Positions 1 through 10,661 are shown, numbered from the stretch's first letter. The stretch: DNA of 64,000 nucleotides from an uncultured Alphaproteobacteria bacterium (GCA_963800215.1 CAWCZY010000019.1:92782-156781), one strand, 5' to 3'. A program made the numbers and translations. The notes: a model not told the origin generated them from the sequence alone.

Positions 1-362
1 AGCCTGCGAATTAGATACCGCGGGGAGGCGTCACCCGGGACGCGGCGTGCCGATAGTGGTGTTGGGCGAAGTTTACCGCAAAATCGGCCGCCGAAGAACG
101 ACCAAATTGTAGCTGCGCCATCGATCTCCAGGACGCGATCGTCAATCAGGGGGGCGCTCGTCTTCACCAGGCGGCCAAGCCTTGCAGCACCGCTGTTCTC
201 TTGCTTGACGCGGCGTCGCAGAATATCGCGCCCGCTATTCATCCTTGAAAGGAAGGCGGTTCGTCGCCGATGCGGCCGCCCCGCGAGGCGTCGTTTCGCT
301 GGTCAAACAGAGAATCCCTGCGTAGTCTGCGCGCTCGCGACAGAAATAGAGGTGGTCGAGCC

Positions 363-725
363 GTGACACGGCAATTTGCAATTGTTGTCCTGACGATCTG
401 CGTCGTCATCCTGTTCGCCGGAAGCAGCCCCGGCACCGCGGCTCCGAACGCGGTTCCGAAGCTCGACACCAGGCCGAGTTGCGAATCTCCCGGGCGAAAG
501 GCGATCGCTCACACAGGCTCGATACAGGCCTGCATGAGAAGCGAAAACGAGGCACATGAAGAGTTGATCAAGCAATGGTCGCAATATGCAAAGACCGACA
601 GAGCAAATTGCATCGGCAAGGTCACCAAAGGAGGCCCGCCGAGCTACATCGAACTGCATTCATGCCTCGTAACCATGAAACATGTACGAGAGATACGTAA
701 GGCCCACCCTCATCCGAGCGGGTGA
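363..725 (+). CDS. small secreted cysteine-containing hypothetical protein
   Basis: Inside ORF 270..725. GTG at 363 is preceded by GAGGTGG. Hydrophobic N-terminal segment FAIVVLTICVVILFAG, then a mature part with four Cys. No family assigned with certainty. Confidence 0.5.
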   Translation: MTRQFAIVVLTICVVILFAGSSPGTAAPNAVPKLDTRPSCESPGRKAIAHTGSIQACMRSENEAHEELIKQWSQYAKTDRANCIGKVTKGGPPSYIELHSCLVTMKHVREIRKAHPHPSG

Positions 726-869
726 TAATGGGCCACGTTGCGGTCGTGCCGGCGCCGACGGCCGTCCTGAGCATGGGGTTCGCTTTGGCGCCCCGCTGTC
801 GGTCGCCGGTCCAGCCCTCCCCACGAGTGCGGCAAACAGCGGCGTTTGCCGGAACGCCGACGCTTATGC

Positions 870-1180
870 GTCGGGATCGAGCGGTAATACGCGTGAACCC
901 CCGTAAATCACCGAACCAGACTACGGGTTGATTTGCTCCGCAACACCGCGCGCGATCCGTCCGCACAGCACGCGTCCATCAGCGTTCCGGTCATGTGCGC
1001 GAGCGACACGGATTTGATCGCGAGCGCCAAGCATGGCGCGATGCGCTCGAGCGCCGCGACATGACCGTCATCGAACCCGTCGGCCGCCGTCGTCGCGCAT
1101 GACGTGCGATATCGTGTCCGGACTCTGCGACCGCTGTGTCGCGGCCGGACTTCCGCCCGGGGATGTTCGCGGCCTCGATT
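870..1180 (-). pseudogene. remnant of a class III adenylate/guanylate cyclase, truncated at both ends and frameshifted
   Basis: Hand translation of the minus strand gives GFDDGHVAALERIAPCLALAIKSVSLAHMTGTLMD. In the next frame it gives VVWFGDLRGFTRIT, the start of a cyclase catalytic domain. There is no start codon and no remainder of the catalytic domain. Confidence 0.35.
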
Positions 1181-1201
1181 GCGCTCAGTCGATCTTCACC
1201 C

Positions 1202-2176
1202 CTAGCGCCTTGACGATCGGTGCCCAGTGAGCAATGTCGCTTTCGAGAGAACGTCGGAACTTCTTGGGGTTCGAGTTCGAGATCGGGTTCGAAACCCGAA
1301 CTCGATCAACGTCTTCTGAAAGGCCGGGTCCGCCAGGGCCGTGTGCGTGGCCTGCCCGATTTGCTCGATGATCTCCTTCGGAGTGCCGGCCGGAGCGAGT
1401 AGCCCAAGCGAGTTTCTCTCGGTCAAGCCGGAGACCCCCGCTTCGGCGGCTGTGGGAAATTCAGGCGCCGCGATGAGGCGCGCCGGGCTCGTCACGGCAA
1501 GAACCCGCATCTTGCCGGAGCGATGAAGTTCGATCACCTGCCCAGTCACGCCCAACACGGCCATCGGGATCTGTCCGCTGATCAGATCGGTGATCGCCGG
1601 CCCCGCGCCCCGATAGGGCACCTGCACGATCTCTGGAGTTCCGGTGAGGGATTTGAACAACTCGCCGGTCAGATGGTTCACCGAGCCGATGCCGACATGC
1701 CCGTAGGACAGCTTCCCGGGATTGGCTTTGGCATAAACGATCAGTACCTGCAGCGTTTGCGCCGGCACCGACGGATGGACAACGATGCCGAGCGAGTTGA
1801 CCGCCACGTTCGTAATCGGATCCAGGTCCTTGATGGGGTCGTACAGCGGCCTGTTCTTGAGCAGCGCCTCGTTGACGTGCGGCAGCGTGCCGCCGAGGAG
1901 AATGGTGTAGCCGTCCGGGCGAGCGTGCGCGACTTGAGCGGCACCCAGCGAACTGCCGCCACCGCCGATGTTTTCGACGATCACCGTTCCAAGCAGAGGC
2001 TTCAGCGCGTCCGCCAATGGGCGGCCGATGGTGTCGAACGCACCACCCGGCGGAAAAGGAACCACAAGCCGGATCGGTCGCGACGGATAGGCTTGCGCCG
2101 ATGCGATGCGCGAGAAGGCTGGGAGCGCGGCGGTACAGGCCGCCAGGTGAAGGAATTGACGACGGGGAAGTCTCAT
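1202..2176 (-). CDS. Bug/TctC family tripartite tricarboxylate transporter substrate-binding protein (3' end out of frame)
   Basis: Signal peptide, then the RLVVPFPPGG...D motif typical of Bug proteins. The expected C-terminus NPKKFRRSLESDIAHWAPIVKALGVKID lies in another frame and ends at 1185. Confidence 0.88.
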   Translation of the reverse strand: MRLPRRQFLHLAACTAALPAFSRIASAQAYPSRPIRLVVPFPPGGAFDTIGRPLADALKPLLGTVIVENIGGGGSSLGAAQVAHARPDGYTILLGGTLPHVNEALLKNRPLYDPIKDLDPITNVAVNSLGIVVHPSVPAQTLQVLIVYAKANPGKLSYGHVGIGSVNHLTGELFKSLTGTPEIVQVPYRGAGPAITDLISGQIPMAVLGVTGQVIELHRSGKMRVLAVTSPARLIAAPEFPTAAEAGVSGLTERNSLGLLAPAGTPKEIIEQIGQATHTALADPAFQKTLIEFGFRTRSRTRTPRSSDVLSKATLLTGHRSSRR

Positions 2177-2809
2177 GATTTTTGCGCTCCTCGAAATTCA
2201 CATGTGAACGATTTGGGCGCCGACGGCCCCCAAATGAAAAATCGAGATGCTGCAATTTCTGGACTTTCGCCGGCCGTCGACGCCGACGCTGCCTTTGAAA
2301 AATGGGGACTTTCGGCACTTCCCGCAGGCAGCTCCGAGATCACGCTACCAGTTTCGCCGGGCGCTTGAAACGGGGTGGCGACCGCTTGTGGCGATCACGT
2401 CGGTTTCACAAGTCAGCCCGCGTCCGCTGCCGGTCGAGCTGGACATGGCCGCCGGGACCGGGTAGCCGGAATTGGCCCGACTCGGACATGCCACCCCTTC
2501 CGTAAAAGGCGGCCGTTTCCGCTTTCAAACCGGACTCTGGCAAGCCATTCACGCGTCCCGGTGTGACAGGGTACGGTCATGCCAGGGTTGATGGTCCGTG
2601 GGGTTCGCTGCCCTGCCGCCGTCGAGCACTGGAAGCCCGCCCGGCCCGCCAAACCTTCGGATAATCCGCCGATTGCGCCATTGCTTGTGCGGGGCCTTTT
2701 TGGCAATGTCCGCGCCGATTTGAGCCGGGACCGGGCCCGTGCTGCCGGCGAGACATGTTTCGCCGGGCAGGGACCTCGTTCGGGCGGTTACGAACCGGGG
2801 TCTGATTCT

Positions 2810-4930
2810 ATGGCAGCTTTGTGGATCATCGTCCTGTGCGGGGCGCTGGGTATCGGTTACGCGGTCTGGGCGACCCAGTCGGTGATGGCGGCGGACGCCG
2901 GCAGTGCGCGGATGCAGGAAATCTCCGCTGCCGTGCGCGAGGGCGCGCAAGCCTATCTCAAGCGGCAATACGCCACCATCGGGATCGTCGGTATCGTGAT
3001 CTTCGCGATCGTCAGCTATTTCCTCGGCTGGCTCGTGGGCATCGGCTTTGCCATCGGCGCGGTGCTTTCGGGGCTTGCCGGCTTCATCGGCATGAACGTC
3101 TCGGTGCGCGCCAATGTGCGCACCGCGCAGGCGGCGATCTCTTCGCTTGCCGGTGGCCTGGAGATCGCCTTCAAGGCGGGCGCGATCACGGGAATGCTGG
3201 TGGCGAGTCTCGCGCTGCTCGGCGTCACCCTCTATTTCGGCTTCCTCACCGGCACCCTCAAGCTCGCCGCCAATGACCGCACCGTCATCGATGCCATGGT
3301 GGCGCTCGGCTTCGGCGCCTCGCTGATCTCGATCTTCGCGAGGCTCGGCGGCGGCATCTTCACCAAGGGGGCCGATGTCGGCGGCGACCTCGTCGGCAAG
3401 GTCGAGGCCGGCATTCCCGAGGACGATCCGCGCAATCCCGCCACCATCGCCGACAATGTCGGCGATAATGTCGGCGACTGCGCCGGCATGGCGGCCGACC
3501 TGTTCGAGACCTATGCGGTGACCACGGTCGCGACCATGGTACTGGCGGCGATCTTCTTCAACGGCACACCGATCCTGTTCAACATGATGACCTTGCCGCT
3601 CGCCATCGGCGGCGTCTGCATCATCACCTCGGTGGTCGGCACCTTCTTCGTCAAGCTGCCGGCCAGCCAGTCGATTATGGGTGCGCTCTACCGCGGGCTG
3701 ATCGTGACCGGCGGCTTGTCGCTCATCGGCATCGCCCTCGTCATCGCCGTGCTGATCGGGTTCGGCTCACTGCCGGGCGTGAGTTATACCGGCCTCGGCC
3801 TGTTCACCTGCGGCATCGTCGGCCTCGCGGTCACCGGCCTCATCATCTGGATCACCGAATACTACACCGGTACCGAGTTCCGGCCGGTCCAGTCGATCGC
3901 GGCGGCCTCGGTCACGGGGCACGGCACCAACGTCATCCAGGGCCTCGCCATCTCGCTCGAATCGACGGCGCTGCCGGCCCTCGTCATCATCGCGGGCATT
4001 CTCATCACCTATTCGCTGGCGGGCCTGTTCGGCATCGCCATCGCGGTGACCACAATGCTGGCGCTGGCGGGCATGGTAGTGGCGCTCGACGCCTTCGGCC
4101 CGGTCACCGACAATGCCGGCGGCATCGCCGAAATGGCCGGGTTGCCGAAGGAAGTGCGCAAGTCGACCGACGCGCTCGATGCGGTCGGCAACACCACCAA
4201 GGCGGTGACCAAGGGCTACGCCATCGGCTCGGCCGGGCTCGGTGCGCTGGTGCTGTTCGCGGCCTATAACGAAGACCTCAAATTCTTCATCGGCGACGTC
4301 GCGCATCATCCCTATTTCCAGGGCGTGCAGCTCGATTTCTCCCTCAACAATCCGTACGTGGTGGTCGGCCTGCTGTTCGGCGGCCTGTTGCCCTACCTGT
4401 TCGGCGCCATGGCGATGACGGCGGTGGGCCGCGCCGCGAGCGCCATCGTCGAGGAGGTCCGGCGCCAGTTCAAGGAAAAGCCGGGCATCATGAAGGGTAC
4501 CGACAAGCCGGATTACGGCCGCGCCGTCGACATGCTCACGAAGGCGGCGATCAAGGAGATGATCATACCGTCGCTGTTGCCGGTGCTGTCGCCGATCTTC
4601 GTCTATTTCGCGATCTACGTGATCGCGGGCGGCGGCGCGGCGGGCAAATCCGCGGGCTTCTCCGCGGTCGGCGCCATGCTGCTCGGGGTCATCGTCACCG
4701 GCCTGTTCGTCGCGATCTCCATGACCTCCGGCGGCGGCGCCTGGGACAATGCCAAGAAATACATCGAGGACGGCCATTACGGCGGCAAGGGCTCCGACGC
4801 CCACAAGGCCGCCGTGACCGGCGACACCGTCGGCGATCCCTACAAGGATACCGCGGGGCCGGCGGTTAATCCGATGATCAAGATAACCAACATCGTGGCG
4901 CTGCTGCTGCTGGCGGTGCTGGCGCGCTGA
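2810..4930 (+). CDS. hppA: K+-insensitive pyrophosphate-energized proton pump (H+-PPase)
   Basis: Part of ORF 2579..4930, using the ATG at 2810 (MAALWIIVL). Many TM helices; motifs [21 protein letters not shown] and [16 protein letters not shown] (Lys at the K+-independence position). Confidence 0.95.
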   Translation: MAALWIIVLCGALGIGYAVWATQSVMAADAGSARMQEISAAVREGAQAYLKRQYATIGIVGIVIFAIVSYFLGWLVGIGFAIGAVLSGLAGFIGMNVSVRANVRTAQAAISSLAGGLEIAFKAGAITGMLVASLALLGVTLYFGFLTGTLKLAANDRTVIDAMVALGFGASLISIFARLGGGIFTKGADVGGDLVGKVEAGIPEDDPRNPATIADNVGDNVGDCAGMAADLFETYAVTTVATMVLAAIFFNGTPILFNMMTLPLAIGGVCIITSVVGTFFVKLPASQSIMGALYRGLIVTGGLSLIGIALVIAVLIGFGSLPGVSYTGLGLFTCGIVGLAVTGLIIWITEYYTGTEFRPVQSIAAASVTGHGTNVIQGLAISLESTALPALVIIAGILITYSLAGLFGIAIAVTTMLALAGMVVALDAFGPVTDNAGGIAEMAGLPKEVRKSTDALDAVGNTTKAVTKGYAIGSAGLGALVLFAAYNEDLKFFIGDVAHHPYFQGVQLDFSLNNPYVVVGLLFGGLLPYLFGAMAMTAVGRAASAIVEEVRRQFKEKPGIMKGTDKPDYGRAVDMLTKAAIKEMIIPSLLPVLSPIFVYFAIYVIAGGGAAGKSAGFSAVGAMLLGVIVTGLFVAISMTSGGGAWDNAKKYIEDGHYGGKGSDAHKAAVTGDTVGDPYKDTAGPAVNPMIKITNIVALLLLAVLAR

Positions 4931-4943
4931 CGCGGGAAAAGTT

Positions 4944-5050
4944 GTCATTCCGGGCGCCGCCTTCGCGGCGAACCCGGAATCCAGACGGCCTCGCCCCTTG
5001 CACCGCAGCCTGGATTCCGGGTTCGCGCGAAGACGCGCGCCCGGAATGAC
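4944..5050. repeat. nested palindromic REP-like element between convergent hppA and bamE
   Basis: Outer arms GTCATTCCGGGCGC / GCGCCCGGAATGAC; inner arms CGAACCCGGAATCCAG / CTGGATTCCGGGTTCG. Confidence 0.7.
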
Positions 5051-5090
5051 CGCGCAAATAGACGCGGGCTGCGTACGCCGACGCCGCTAC

Positions 5091-5609
5091 TCAGAACTTC
5101 GCGATCTTGAAGACGAAGGCGAGGTAGTTCTGTTCGACGCCGCCCGATGGGGTGGTGCGGCCGATGGAGTCGAAAATCCTGCCGTCCTTGAGGCCGTAGT
5201 CGGCGAGCCGCTGGACCCGGCGGCCCTTGTCGAAATAGACCGCGACCACACGCCGGTCGATTTCCTTCTGCGGGAAGAACGATATCTGCTCGGACCGCTG
5301 GGAAATGTAATAGAACACCTCACCGCTGAGCGTCGCCACCGTCGACGGCGTTCCCAGCACGATCAAAACCTGCTCCTGGGAGGCTCCGAGCGGGATCTGC
5401 TCGAGGGAGCCCTCGGACACCATGTAGCCGTGATGATAGACCTGCGTGACGCCGCCACAGCCGCTGGCGAGCGAGCCGGCAAGCATGACCACGATAAGCC
5501 TGCCGGAGAGGCAGGCGCGGCGTTCACTGACCCGGCTCAACCCGGCATCCCCCTTGCACTCCACGGCCTGATGACCTACCCCGCGGCGGGCGGGAACACA
5601 ACCGGGCAT
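5091..5609 (-). CDS. bamE: outer membrane protein assembly factor BamE (SmpA/OmlA lipoprotein); start uncertain
   Basis: Lipobox LASGC followed by YHHGYMVSEGSLEQIPLGASQEQVLIVLGTPS, typical of BamE. A TTG at 5540 would give a more normal signal-peptide length. Confidence 0.8.
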   Translation of the reverse strand: MPGCVPARRGVGHQAVECKGDAGLSRVSERRACLSGRLIVVMLAGSLASGCGGVTQVYHHGYMVSEGSLEQIPLGASQEQVLIVLGTPSTVATLSGEVFYYISQRSEQISFFPQKEIDRRVVAVYFDKGRRVQRLADYGLKDGRIFDSIGRTTPSGGVEQNYLAFVFKIAKF

Positions 5610-5636
5610 GCGATCCGCCCCACGGCTGCTGGCTCG

Positions 5637-6182
5637 ATGATTTTACGGATATTTCGCCGCCAGTTCCACCCCGGGACCATCCACACGCTCTATGGCGCCA
5701 TCGTGGCACAGGCGCGCCGGCCTGAATTTTATGAAGAATTCGGTATCGCGGACACCGTCGAGGGGCGCTTCGACATGATCGTGCTGCACCTTGCCATTGT
5801 GGTGCGGCGGTTCCGGCGGGAGCCGCAAGGTGCGGCACTCGGACGCGCCCTGCTCGATGCCTTCGGGCGCGACATGGACCACAATCTGCGCGAGATGGGG
5901 GTCGGCGACCTCACCGTGCCCAAGCAGATGAAGCGCATGATGGAAGCCTTCTATGGTCGCGCCAGAAGCTATGAAAGCGCCTTGGCGGGGGACGATCCCG
6001 TCGCCCTCGAACAGGCGCTCGTCCGCAACGTGTTCGCCGGCGGCGAGCCCCGGGGCGCTGTGTGGCTTGCCGAGTATGTGCGCCGCGCGGCAGGGCAACT
6101 GGATACGGTGGACGGCGGGCAATTTCTGCGGGGCTTGCTTGCTTTTCCTGAGCTTCACGCCATTTTGGCCGGTGGTGCCTGA
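5637..6182 (+). CDS. ubiquinol-cytochrome c chaperone family protein
   Basis: ATG at 5637 inside ORF 4998..6182 (MILRIFRR...). The conserved alphaproteobacterial neighbourhood bamE / chaperone / DUF177 / plsX is present. The N-terminal part of the long ORF is antisense to bamE. Confidence 0.8.
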   Translation: MILRIFRRQFHPGTIHTLYGAIVAQARRPEFYEEFGIADTVEGRFDMIVLHLAIVVRRFRREPQGAALGRALLDAFGRDMDHNLREMGVGDLTVPKQMKRMMEAFYGRARSYESALAGDDPVALEQALVRNVFAGGEPRGAVWLAEYVRRAAGQLDTVDGGQFLRGLLAFPELHAILAGGA

Positions 6183-6213
6183 TCATTCAAAGATAGGTTC
6201 GGAAGCCCTGCGA

Positions 6214-6744
6214 ATGAATAAGCCCGAGGGGTGGCGCGTCCCGGTCCACCTGGAGAATGTTCCGGACACCGGACTGCACCTCGATCTCGACGCCGATGAG
6301 GAGGTGCGGGCGAGGCTCGCCGCGCTCGCCGGGGTGCGCAGCGTGTCGCGGCTGAGCGTATCGGCCGACCTGTCGGGCCACGGTGATGGGCTGAGGGCAT
6401 CGGGGCGGGTGACCGCCACCATCGGCCAGACTTGCGTCGTCACCCTCGAACCCCTGGAGAATAGCGTCGACGAGGCGTTCGACGTCCTGTTCCTTCCGCA
6501 AGGGGCCGCCGGCGACGGGTCAGTCTCCGTTCCCGCCGCCGCCGACGAGGTCGACGACACCCGCGAGACCCTGGTCGATGGCACCGCCGACCTCGGTGCG
6601 CTCGCCACCGAATTCTTTCTGCTCGGCATCGACCGCTATCCGCGCAAGCCGGGGGCGGTGTTCGCTCCGCCGGTCGAAGACCGCGCGGCGGACAGTCCGT
6701 TCGCCGTGCTCGCCAGGCTCAAGTCCTCCGGCGACGAGGGATGA
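6214..6744 (+). CDS. yceD: YceD/DUF177 family protein
   Basis: ATG at 6214 inside ORF 5953..6744. Acidic protein with TCVVTLEP and FLLGIDRYPRKPGA motifs; located upstream of plsX. Confidence 0.8.
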   Translation: MNKPEGWRVPVHLENVPDTGLHLDLDADEEVRARLAALAGVRSVSRLSVSADLSGHGDGLRASGRVTATIGQTCVVTLEPLENSVDEAFDVLFLPQGAAGDGSVSVPAAADEVDDTRETLVDGTADLGALATEFFLLGIDRYPRKPGAVFAPPVEDRAADSPFAVLARLKSSGDEG

Positions 6745-7030
6745 CTTCGCACGAGTCTGCACCGATCTGTCGGTATTTGATTGCAACTAGCTGGAATTAC
6801 GCGTGATTCCGTTTGCGCCCGGATGATCCGTAGTGGGTAGCCCAAACCGTTAGTTCTGATCTGCCGGGATAAGCCGGGAACCAAATGTTGGGGGCGGACC
6901 ACTGGCGGCGCGGCGTCCGCGGTGCCAAATCCCATTTGTTTCCGCAATCCGACGCGGTATGTTCGCGCCGCAATCGGGCGCTCGGTCGGCGGTACCGAAA
7001 TTCCGGCGCCGGCCCCCCCAAGGTTGATCG

Positions 7031-8092
7031 ATGCCCCAGAAGGTACGTATTGCGCTCGACGCCATGGGAGGTGATCACGGCGCGCCGGTTGCCGTCGCCG
7101 GCGCCGCGATCTCGCTCGATCGCCATCCCGATACCGAGTTCATCCTGGTCGGCGACCGCACCGTCATCGAGCCGTTGCTGGGCGTGCATCCTGCCTTGAG
7201 CGCGGCTTCGCGGATCGTCCACACCGATATCTCGGTCAAAATGAACGAGAAGCCGAGCCAGGCGCTGCGCCACGGCAGGTGGAAATCGTCGATGTGGATG
7301 GCCATCGACGCGGTGAAAAAGGGCGAGGCCGATGCGGTGGTTTCCGCCGGCAATACCGGCGCGCTGATGGCGATGGCGAGATTTCATCTCAAGACCATGG
7401 CGGGCGTCGCACGTCCCGCCATCGCGGCGCTGTGGCCGACGCTGCGTGGGGAATCGATCGTGCTCGATGTCGGGGCGACGATCGGGGGAGACGCCCAGCA
7501 TCTCGTCGATCTCGCCACCATGGGCGGCGCGATGGCGCGGGTGCTGTTCGACCTCGAACGGCCCACCGTCGGTCTCCTCAACATTGGCGTGGAGGAGGTC
7601 AAGGGGCTTGAAGAGGTGCGCGAAGCCGGCCGCATCCTGCGCGAGGCGGACCGGAACGATCTCGACTATGTCGGCTTTGTCGAAGGCGACGACATCGGCA
7701 AGGGAACCGTCGATGTCGTGGTCACCGAGGGCTTTTCCGGCAATATCGCCTTGAAAACTGCCGAAGGAACCGCCAAACAGCTTGGCGAATATTTACGCAA
7801 TGCCATGAGCCGGACCCTGTTCGCCAAACTCGGCTACCTGCTCGCCCGCAATGCGTTTGCGGCATTGAAGGACAAGATGGATCCACGCAAGGTCAATGGC
7901 GGGGTGTTCCTCGGCCTCAACGGCATCGTCATCAAAAGTCATGGCGGCACCGATGCCGAAGGCTTCGCCGCCGCGGTCGATCTCGGCTACGACATGGCCC
8001 GCTACGAGCTGCAGGCGAAGATCTCCCAGACGCTGGAAAAACAGAAGGCGGGCCTGGGCGGGAACCCCGTAGCCGAAAGTATCCCATCGTGA
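7031..8092 (+). CDS. plsX: phosphate acyltransferase PlsX
   Basis: ORF 7031..8092. Motifs [20 protein letters not shown] and [12 protein letters not shown]. Confidence 0.95.
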   Translation: MPQKVRIALDAMGGDHGAPVAVAGAAISLDRHPDTEFILVGDRTVIEPLLGVHPALSAASRIVHTDISVKMNEKPSQALRHGRWKSSMWMAIDAVKKGEADAVVSAGNTGALMAMARFHLKTMAGVARPAIAALWPTLRGESIVLDVGATIGGDAQHLVDLATMGGAMARVLFDLERPTVGLLNIGVEEVKGLEEVREAGRILREADRNDLDYVGFVEGDDIGKGTVDVVVTEGFSGNIALKTAEGTAKQLGEYLRNAMSRTLFAKLGYLLARNAFAALKDKMDPRKVNGGVFLGLNGIVIKSHGGTDAEGFAAAVDLGYDMARYELQAKISQTLEKQKAGLGGNPVAESIPS

Positions 8093-9066
8093 CGGTAACG
8101 CGTTCGGTCGTGCTCGGCTGCGGGAGCTACCTGCCGAGCCACATCCTCACCAATTTCGACATCGCCCAAAAAGTCGACACCACCGACCAATGGATCGCCC
8201 AGCGCACCGGGATCCGCGAGCGCCGGATCGCGGCGGCCGGAGAGGTGACCTCCGATCTCGCCATCAACGCCGCCCGCGCGGCGCTCGCAGCCGGCGACAT
8301 CGACCCGCAATCGATCGACCTGATCGTGCTCGCGACCTCGACGCCCGACAACACTTTTCCCGCCAGCGCGGTGTCCGTGCAAGCCGGCCTCGGCATCACG
8401 GGAGGCGCCGCGTTCGACTTGCAGGCCGTGTGTTCCGGCTTCGTGTTCGGACTCGCGGCCGCGGACGGGCTGCTGCGGACCGGCGCCTTCAAGCGGGCGC
8501 TGGTGATCGGCGCGGAGACCTTTTCGCGCCTGCTCGATTGGACCGACCGCACCACCTGCGTGCTGTTCGGAGATGGCGCCGGGGCGGTGGTGCTGGAGGC
8601 GACCCCGCAAGCCGGAAGCCGAGAGGATCGCGGCATCCTGACGTCGCATCTGCGCTCCGACGGCCGCCACAAGGACAAGCTTTACGTGGATGGCGGGCCG
8701 TCTTCCACCGGAACGGTCGGGCACCTGCGCATGGAAGGCCGTGAGGTGTTCCGCCATGCCATCGCGATGATCACCGACGTGGTGGAGGATGCCTTCGCAG
8801 CGACCGGCTATTGCGCCGCCGACATCGATTGGTTCGTGCCGCACCAGGCCAATAAGCGGATCATCGACGGTTCGGCGCATAAACTCGGCATTTCGGTAGA
8901 GAAGATCGTCACCACTGTGGATAAGCACGGCAACACCTCGGCGGCCTCGATCCCGCTGGCGCTGTCGGTGGCGGTCAGCGACGGACGGATCAAGCGCGGC
9001 GACCTGATCCTGCTCGAAGCCATGGGCGGCGGGTTCACCTGGGGCGCCATCTTGCTGCGGTGGTGA
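8089..9066 (+). CDS. fabH: beta-ketoacyl-ACP synthase III
   Basis: ORF 8089..9066, GTG start overlapping the plsX stop. Active-site context AVCSGF, HQANKRI and GNTSAASIP. Confidence 0.95.
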   Translation: MTVTRSVVLGCGSYLPSHILTNFDIAQKVDTTDQWIAQRTGIRERRIAAAGEVTSDLAINAARAALAAGDIDPQSIDLIVLATSTPDNTFPASAVSVQAGLGITGGAAFDLQAVCSGFVFGLAAADGLLRTGAFKRALVIGAETFSRLLDWTDRTTCVLFGDGAGAVVLEATPQAGSREDRGILTSHLRSDGRHKDKLYVDGGPSSTGTVGHLRMEGREVFRHAIAMITDVVEDAFAATGYCAADIDWFVPHQANKRIIDGSAHKLGISVEKIVTTVDKHGNTSAASIPLALSVAVSDGRIKRGDLILLEAMGGGFTWGAILLRW

Positions 9067-9174
9067 TCTTCACCGTCATTTTTTCGTGTAGGGCGTGAGC
9101 CTGATTGACCCGAGGCGTTCAAGTCCATATCCTTGAACAATAAACAAGATATCGATTGGCGTCGGGGCTGGAGG

Positions 9175-9486
9175 ATGGCCGAAAAGACTGTAACGCGTGC
9201 CGACCTCTGCGAGGCGGTCTATCAGCAGGTCGGGCTGTCGCGCACCGAATCCGCTGCGCTGGTTGAGCTTGTCCTCAAGGAAATCACCGATTGCCTCGAA
9301 CGCGGCGAAACGGTGAAGCTCTCCTCGTTCGGCTCTTTCGTGGTGCGCAAGAAGGGCCAGCGCATCGGCCGCAACCCGAAGACGGGTACGGAAGTGCCAA
9401 TTTCGCCGCGACGGGTTATGGTGTTCAAGCCCTCGGCGATTCTCAAGCAACGCATCAACGGCGGGTCGGACGGGCACGGCGGGTAA
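9175..9486 (+). CDS. ihfA: integration host factor subunit alpha
   Basis: ATG at 9175 preceded by GGAGG, inside ORF 9133..9486. The [17 protein letters not shown] arm is typical of IHF/HU. Confidence 0.9.
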   Translation: MAEKTVTRADLCEAVYQQVGLSRTESAALVELVLKEITDCLERGETVKLSSFGSFVVRKKGQRIGRNPKTGTEVPISPRRVMVFKPSAILKQRINGGSDGHGG

Positions 9487-9513
9487 TCGCGCCGACCCCT
9501 CAGAGAGGCGGCT

Positions 9514-10158
9514 TTGAACAAGGCGCCTGACGCGTTTCGTACGATCAGCGAGGTCGCGGACGATCTCGACCTGCCGCAGCACGTGCTGCGGTTCTGGGAG
9601 AGCCGTTTTCCGCAGATTCGCCCCATGAAGCGTGGCGGCGGCCGGCGCTATTACCGCCCGGACGACATCGACCTGCTGCGCGGCATCCGGCACCTGCTCT
9701 ACGGCGAGGGCTACACCATTCGCGGCGTGCAGCGCATCCTGCGCGAGCAGGGATTGCGCACCGTGCAATCGGTCGGGCAGGGTCGCGTGGTGCCTCTGCC
9801 CGAGCCGTTGCATGACGATGCCGCCGCAGGTGAGGATGGCGCAGCAGGGGAGGGCCTTCTCAAATTCCTGCCGCCGCGGTTTTCGGGCGCGGTAGCGGCC
9901 GGTGAACCGGTCGTGGACGAGGTGGAATCTCCCGACGAAGGCGACCCCGACTCGCCGCGGTTTTCCGGCGCCGCCCTGGAGGGGGGCGTCGCGGAATCCG
10001 ACCCGGATCTGCCTTCACCGGTGAAAACGGCGCCGGAGACGGCCGTGCCGGCGATCACCGGTCTGGCGCCGGAGGAACTCGATCTTCTCAAAGCGGCGCT
10101 GCGCCGGCTCGAAGAATGTCGGCGCCTGCTCGATGGGGCCGGCGGCAACGGCGGCTGA
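9514..10158 (+). CDS. MerR family transcriptional regulator
   Basis: TTG start. N-terminal [28 protein letters not shown]...GGRRYY. Conserved position downstream of ihfA. Confidence 0.85.
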   Translation: MNKAPDAFRTISEVADDLDLPQHVLRFWESRFPQIRPMKRGGGRRYYRPDDIDLLRGIRHLLYGEGYTIRGVQRILREQGLRTVQSVGQGRVVPLPEPLHDDAAAGEDGAAGEGLLKFLPPRFSGAVAAGEPVVDEVESPDEGDPDSPRFSGAALEGGVAESDPDLPSPVKTAPETAVPAITGLAPEELDLLKAALRRLEECRRLLDGAGGNGG

Positions 10159-10161
10159 AGC

Positions 10162-10247
10162 GCCCCTGTAGCCGGGATTGAGCGAACAGCGAAATCCGGG
10201 TCGGCCGTCCCGGATGTCCGCTTCGCTTCCAACCAGGCTACGGGGCC
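10162..10247. repeat. REP-like imperfect palindrome (GTAGCC...ATCCGGG family)
   Basis: The arms GCCCCTGTAGCCGGGATTGAGCGAACAGCGAAATCCGGG and CCCGGATGTCCGCTTCGCTTCCAACCAGGCTACGGGGC pair with each other. Related copies lie at 17948 and 31507. Confidence 0.6.
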
Positions 10248-10345
10248 TACGGGTCCGATCCGACGCCGCTGATTTCGCACATCATCTTGCCCGAATGCGG
10301 GGTTATTCTCGATTTGGGGTTTCCTCAACGGGGAGGGGCGGGACC

Positions 10346-10615
10346 ATGAACAAGATCATCATCATTGCCGTCGTGACGACGGGCATCGTAATGGCGGGTG
10401 TAGGCTTGGCGCCGGTGGCCGCCGCGGCGCAGGAACGCGCGGGCGACGCCGCGCTCGGCGCGATCTCCGGCGCCATCGTCGGCGGGCCGGTGGGCTTGGT
10501 TGCGGGCGGTGTCATCGGCTTCACGGCCGGTCCGGCCATCGCGCGCAGCTGGGGACTGCACCACCACTATCACTCCCGCCGCGTCGCCTATCGTCAAAGC
10601 AACACCAACCGGTGA
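10346..10615 (+). CDS. small glycine-zipper membrane/secreted protein
   Basis: ATG at 10346 preceded by GGGAGGGG, inside ORF 10178..10615. Signal-like MNKIIIIAVVTTGIVMAGVGLAPVAAAA followed by GxxxG repeats. Confidence 0.55.
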   Translation: MNKIIIIAVVTTGIVMAGVGLAPVAAAAQERAGDAALGAISGAIVGGPVGLVAGGVIGFTAGPAIARSWGLHHHYHSRRVAYRQSNTNR

Positions 10616-10626
10616 TGTGGTTTTTG

Positions 10627-10654
10627 CTCCCTCCCCCGCCTGCGGGGGAGGGAG
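10627..10654. terminator. GC-rich hairpin (CTCCCTCCCCC / GGGGGAGGGAG) between convergent genes, preceded by TTTTT
   Basis: Perfect 11-bp stem seen directly. Member of the CTCCCTCCCC hairpin repeat family. Could terminate both flanking genes. Confidence 0.5.
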
Positions 10655-10661
10655 TTGTCGC

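Noticed and set aside
1-242. Possible 5' end of a minus-strand gene starting at the ATG at 242 and running out of the window (MNSGRDILRRRVKQENSG...)
   Set aside because: No recognisable family, only moderate third-position GC, and no stop or remainder available to judge. It cannot be supported from this window alone.
2197-2208. Perfect 12-bp palindrome TTCACATGTGAA 21 nt upstream of the Bug gene start
   Set aside because: It could be an operator, but it is a single short palindrome with no second copy or cognate regulator nearby. It is noted but not reported as a feature.
4998-5636. N-terminal 213 codons of ORF 4998..6182
   Set aside because: This stretch is antisense to bamE and has no similarity to the chaperone family. 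The conserved protein begins at the ATG at 5637.
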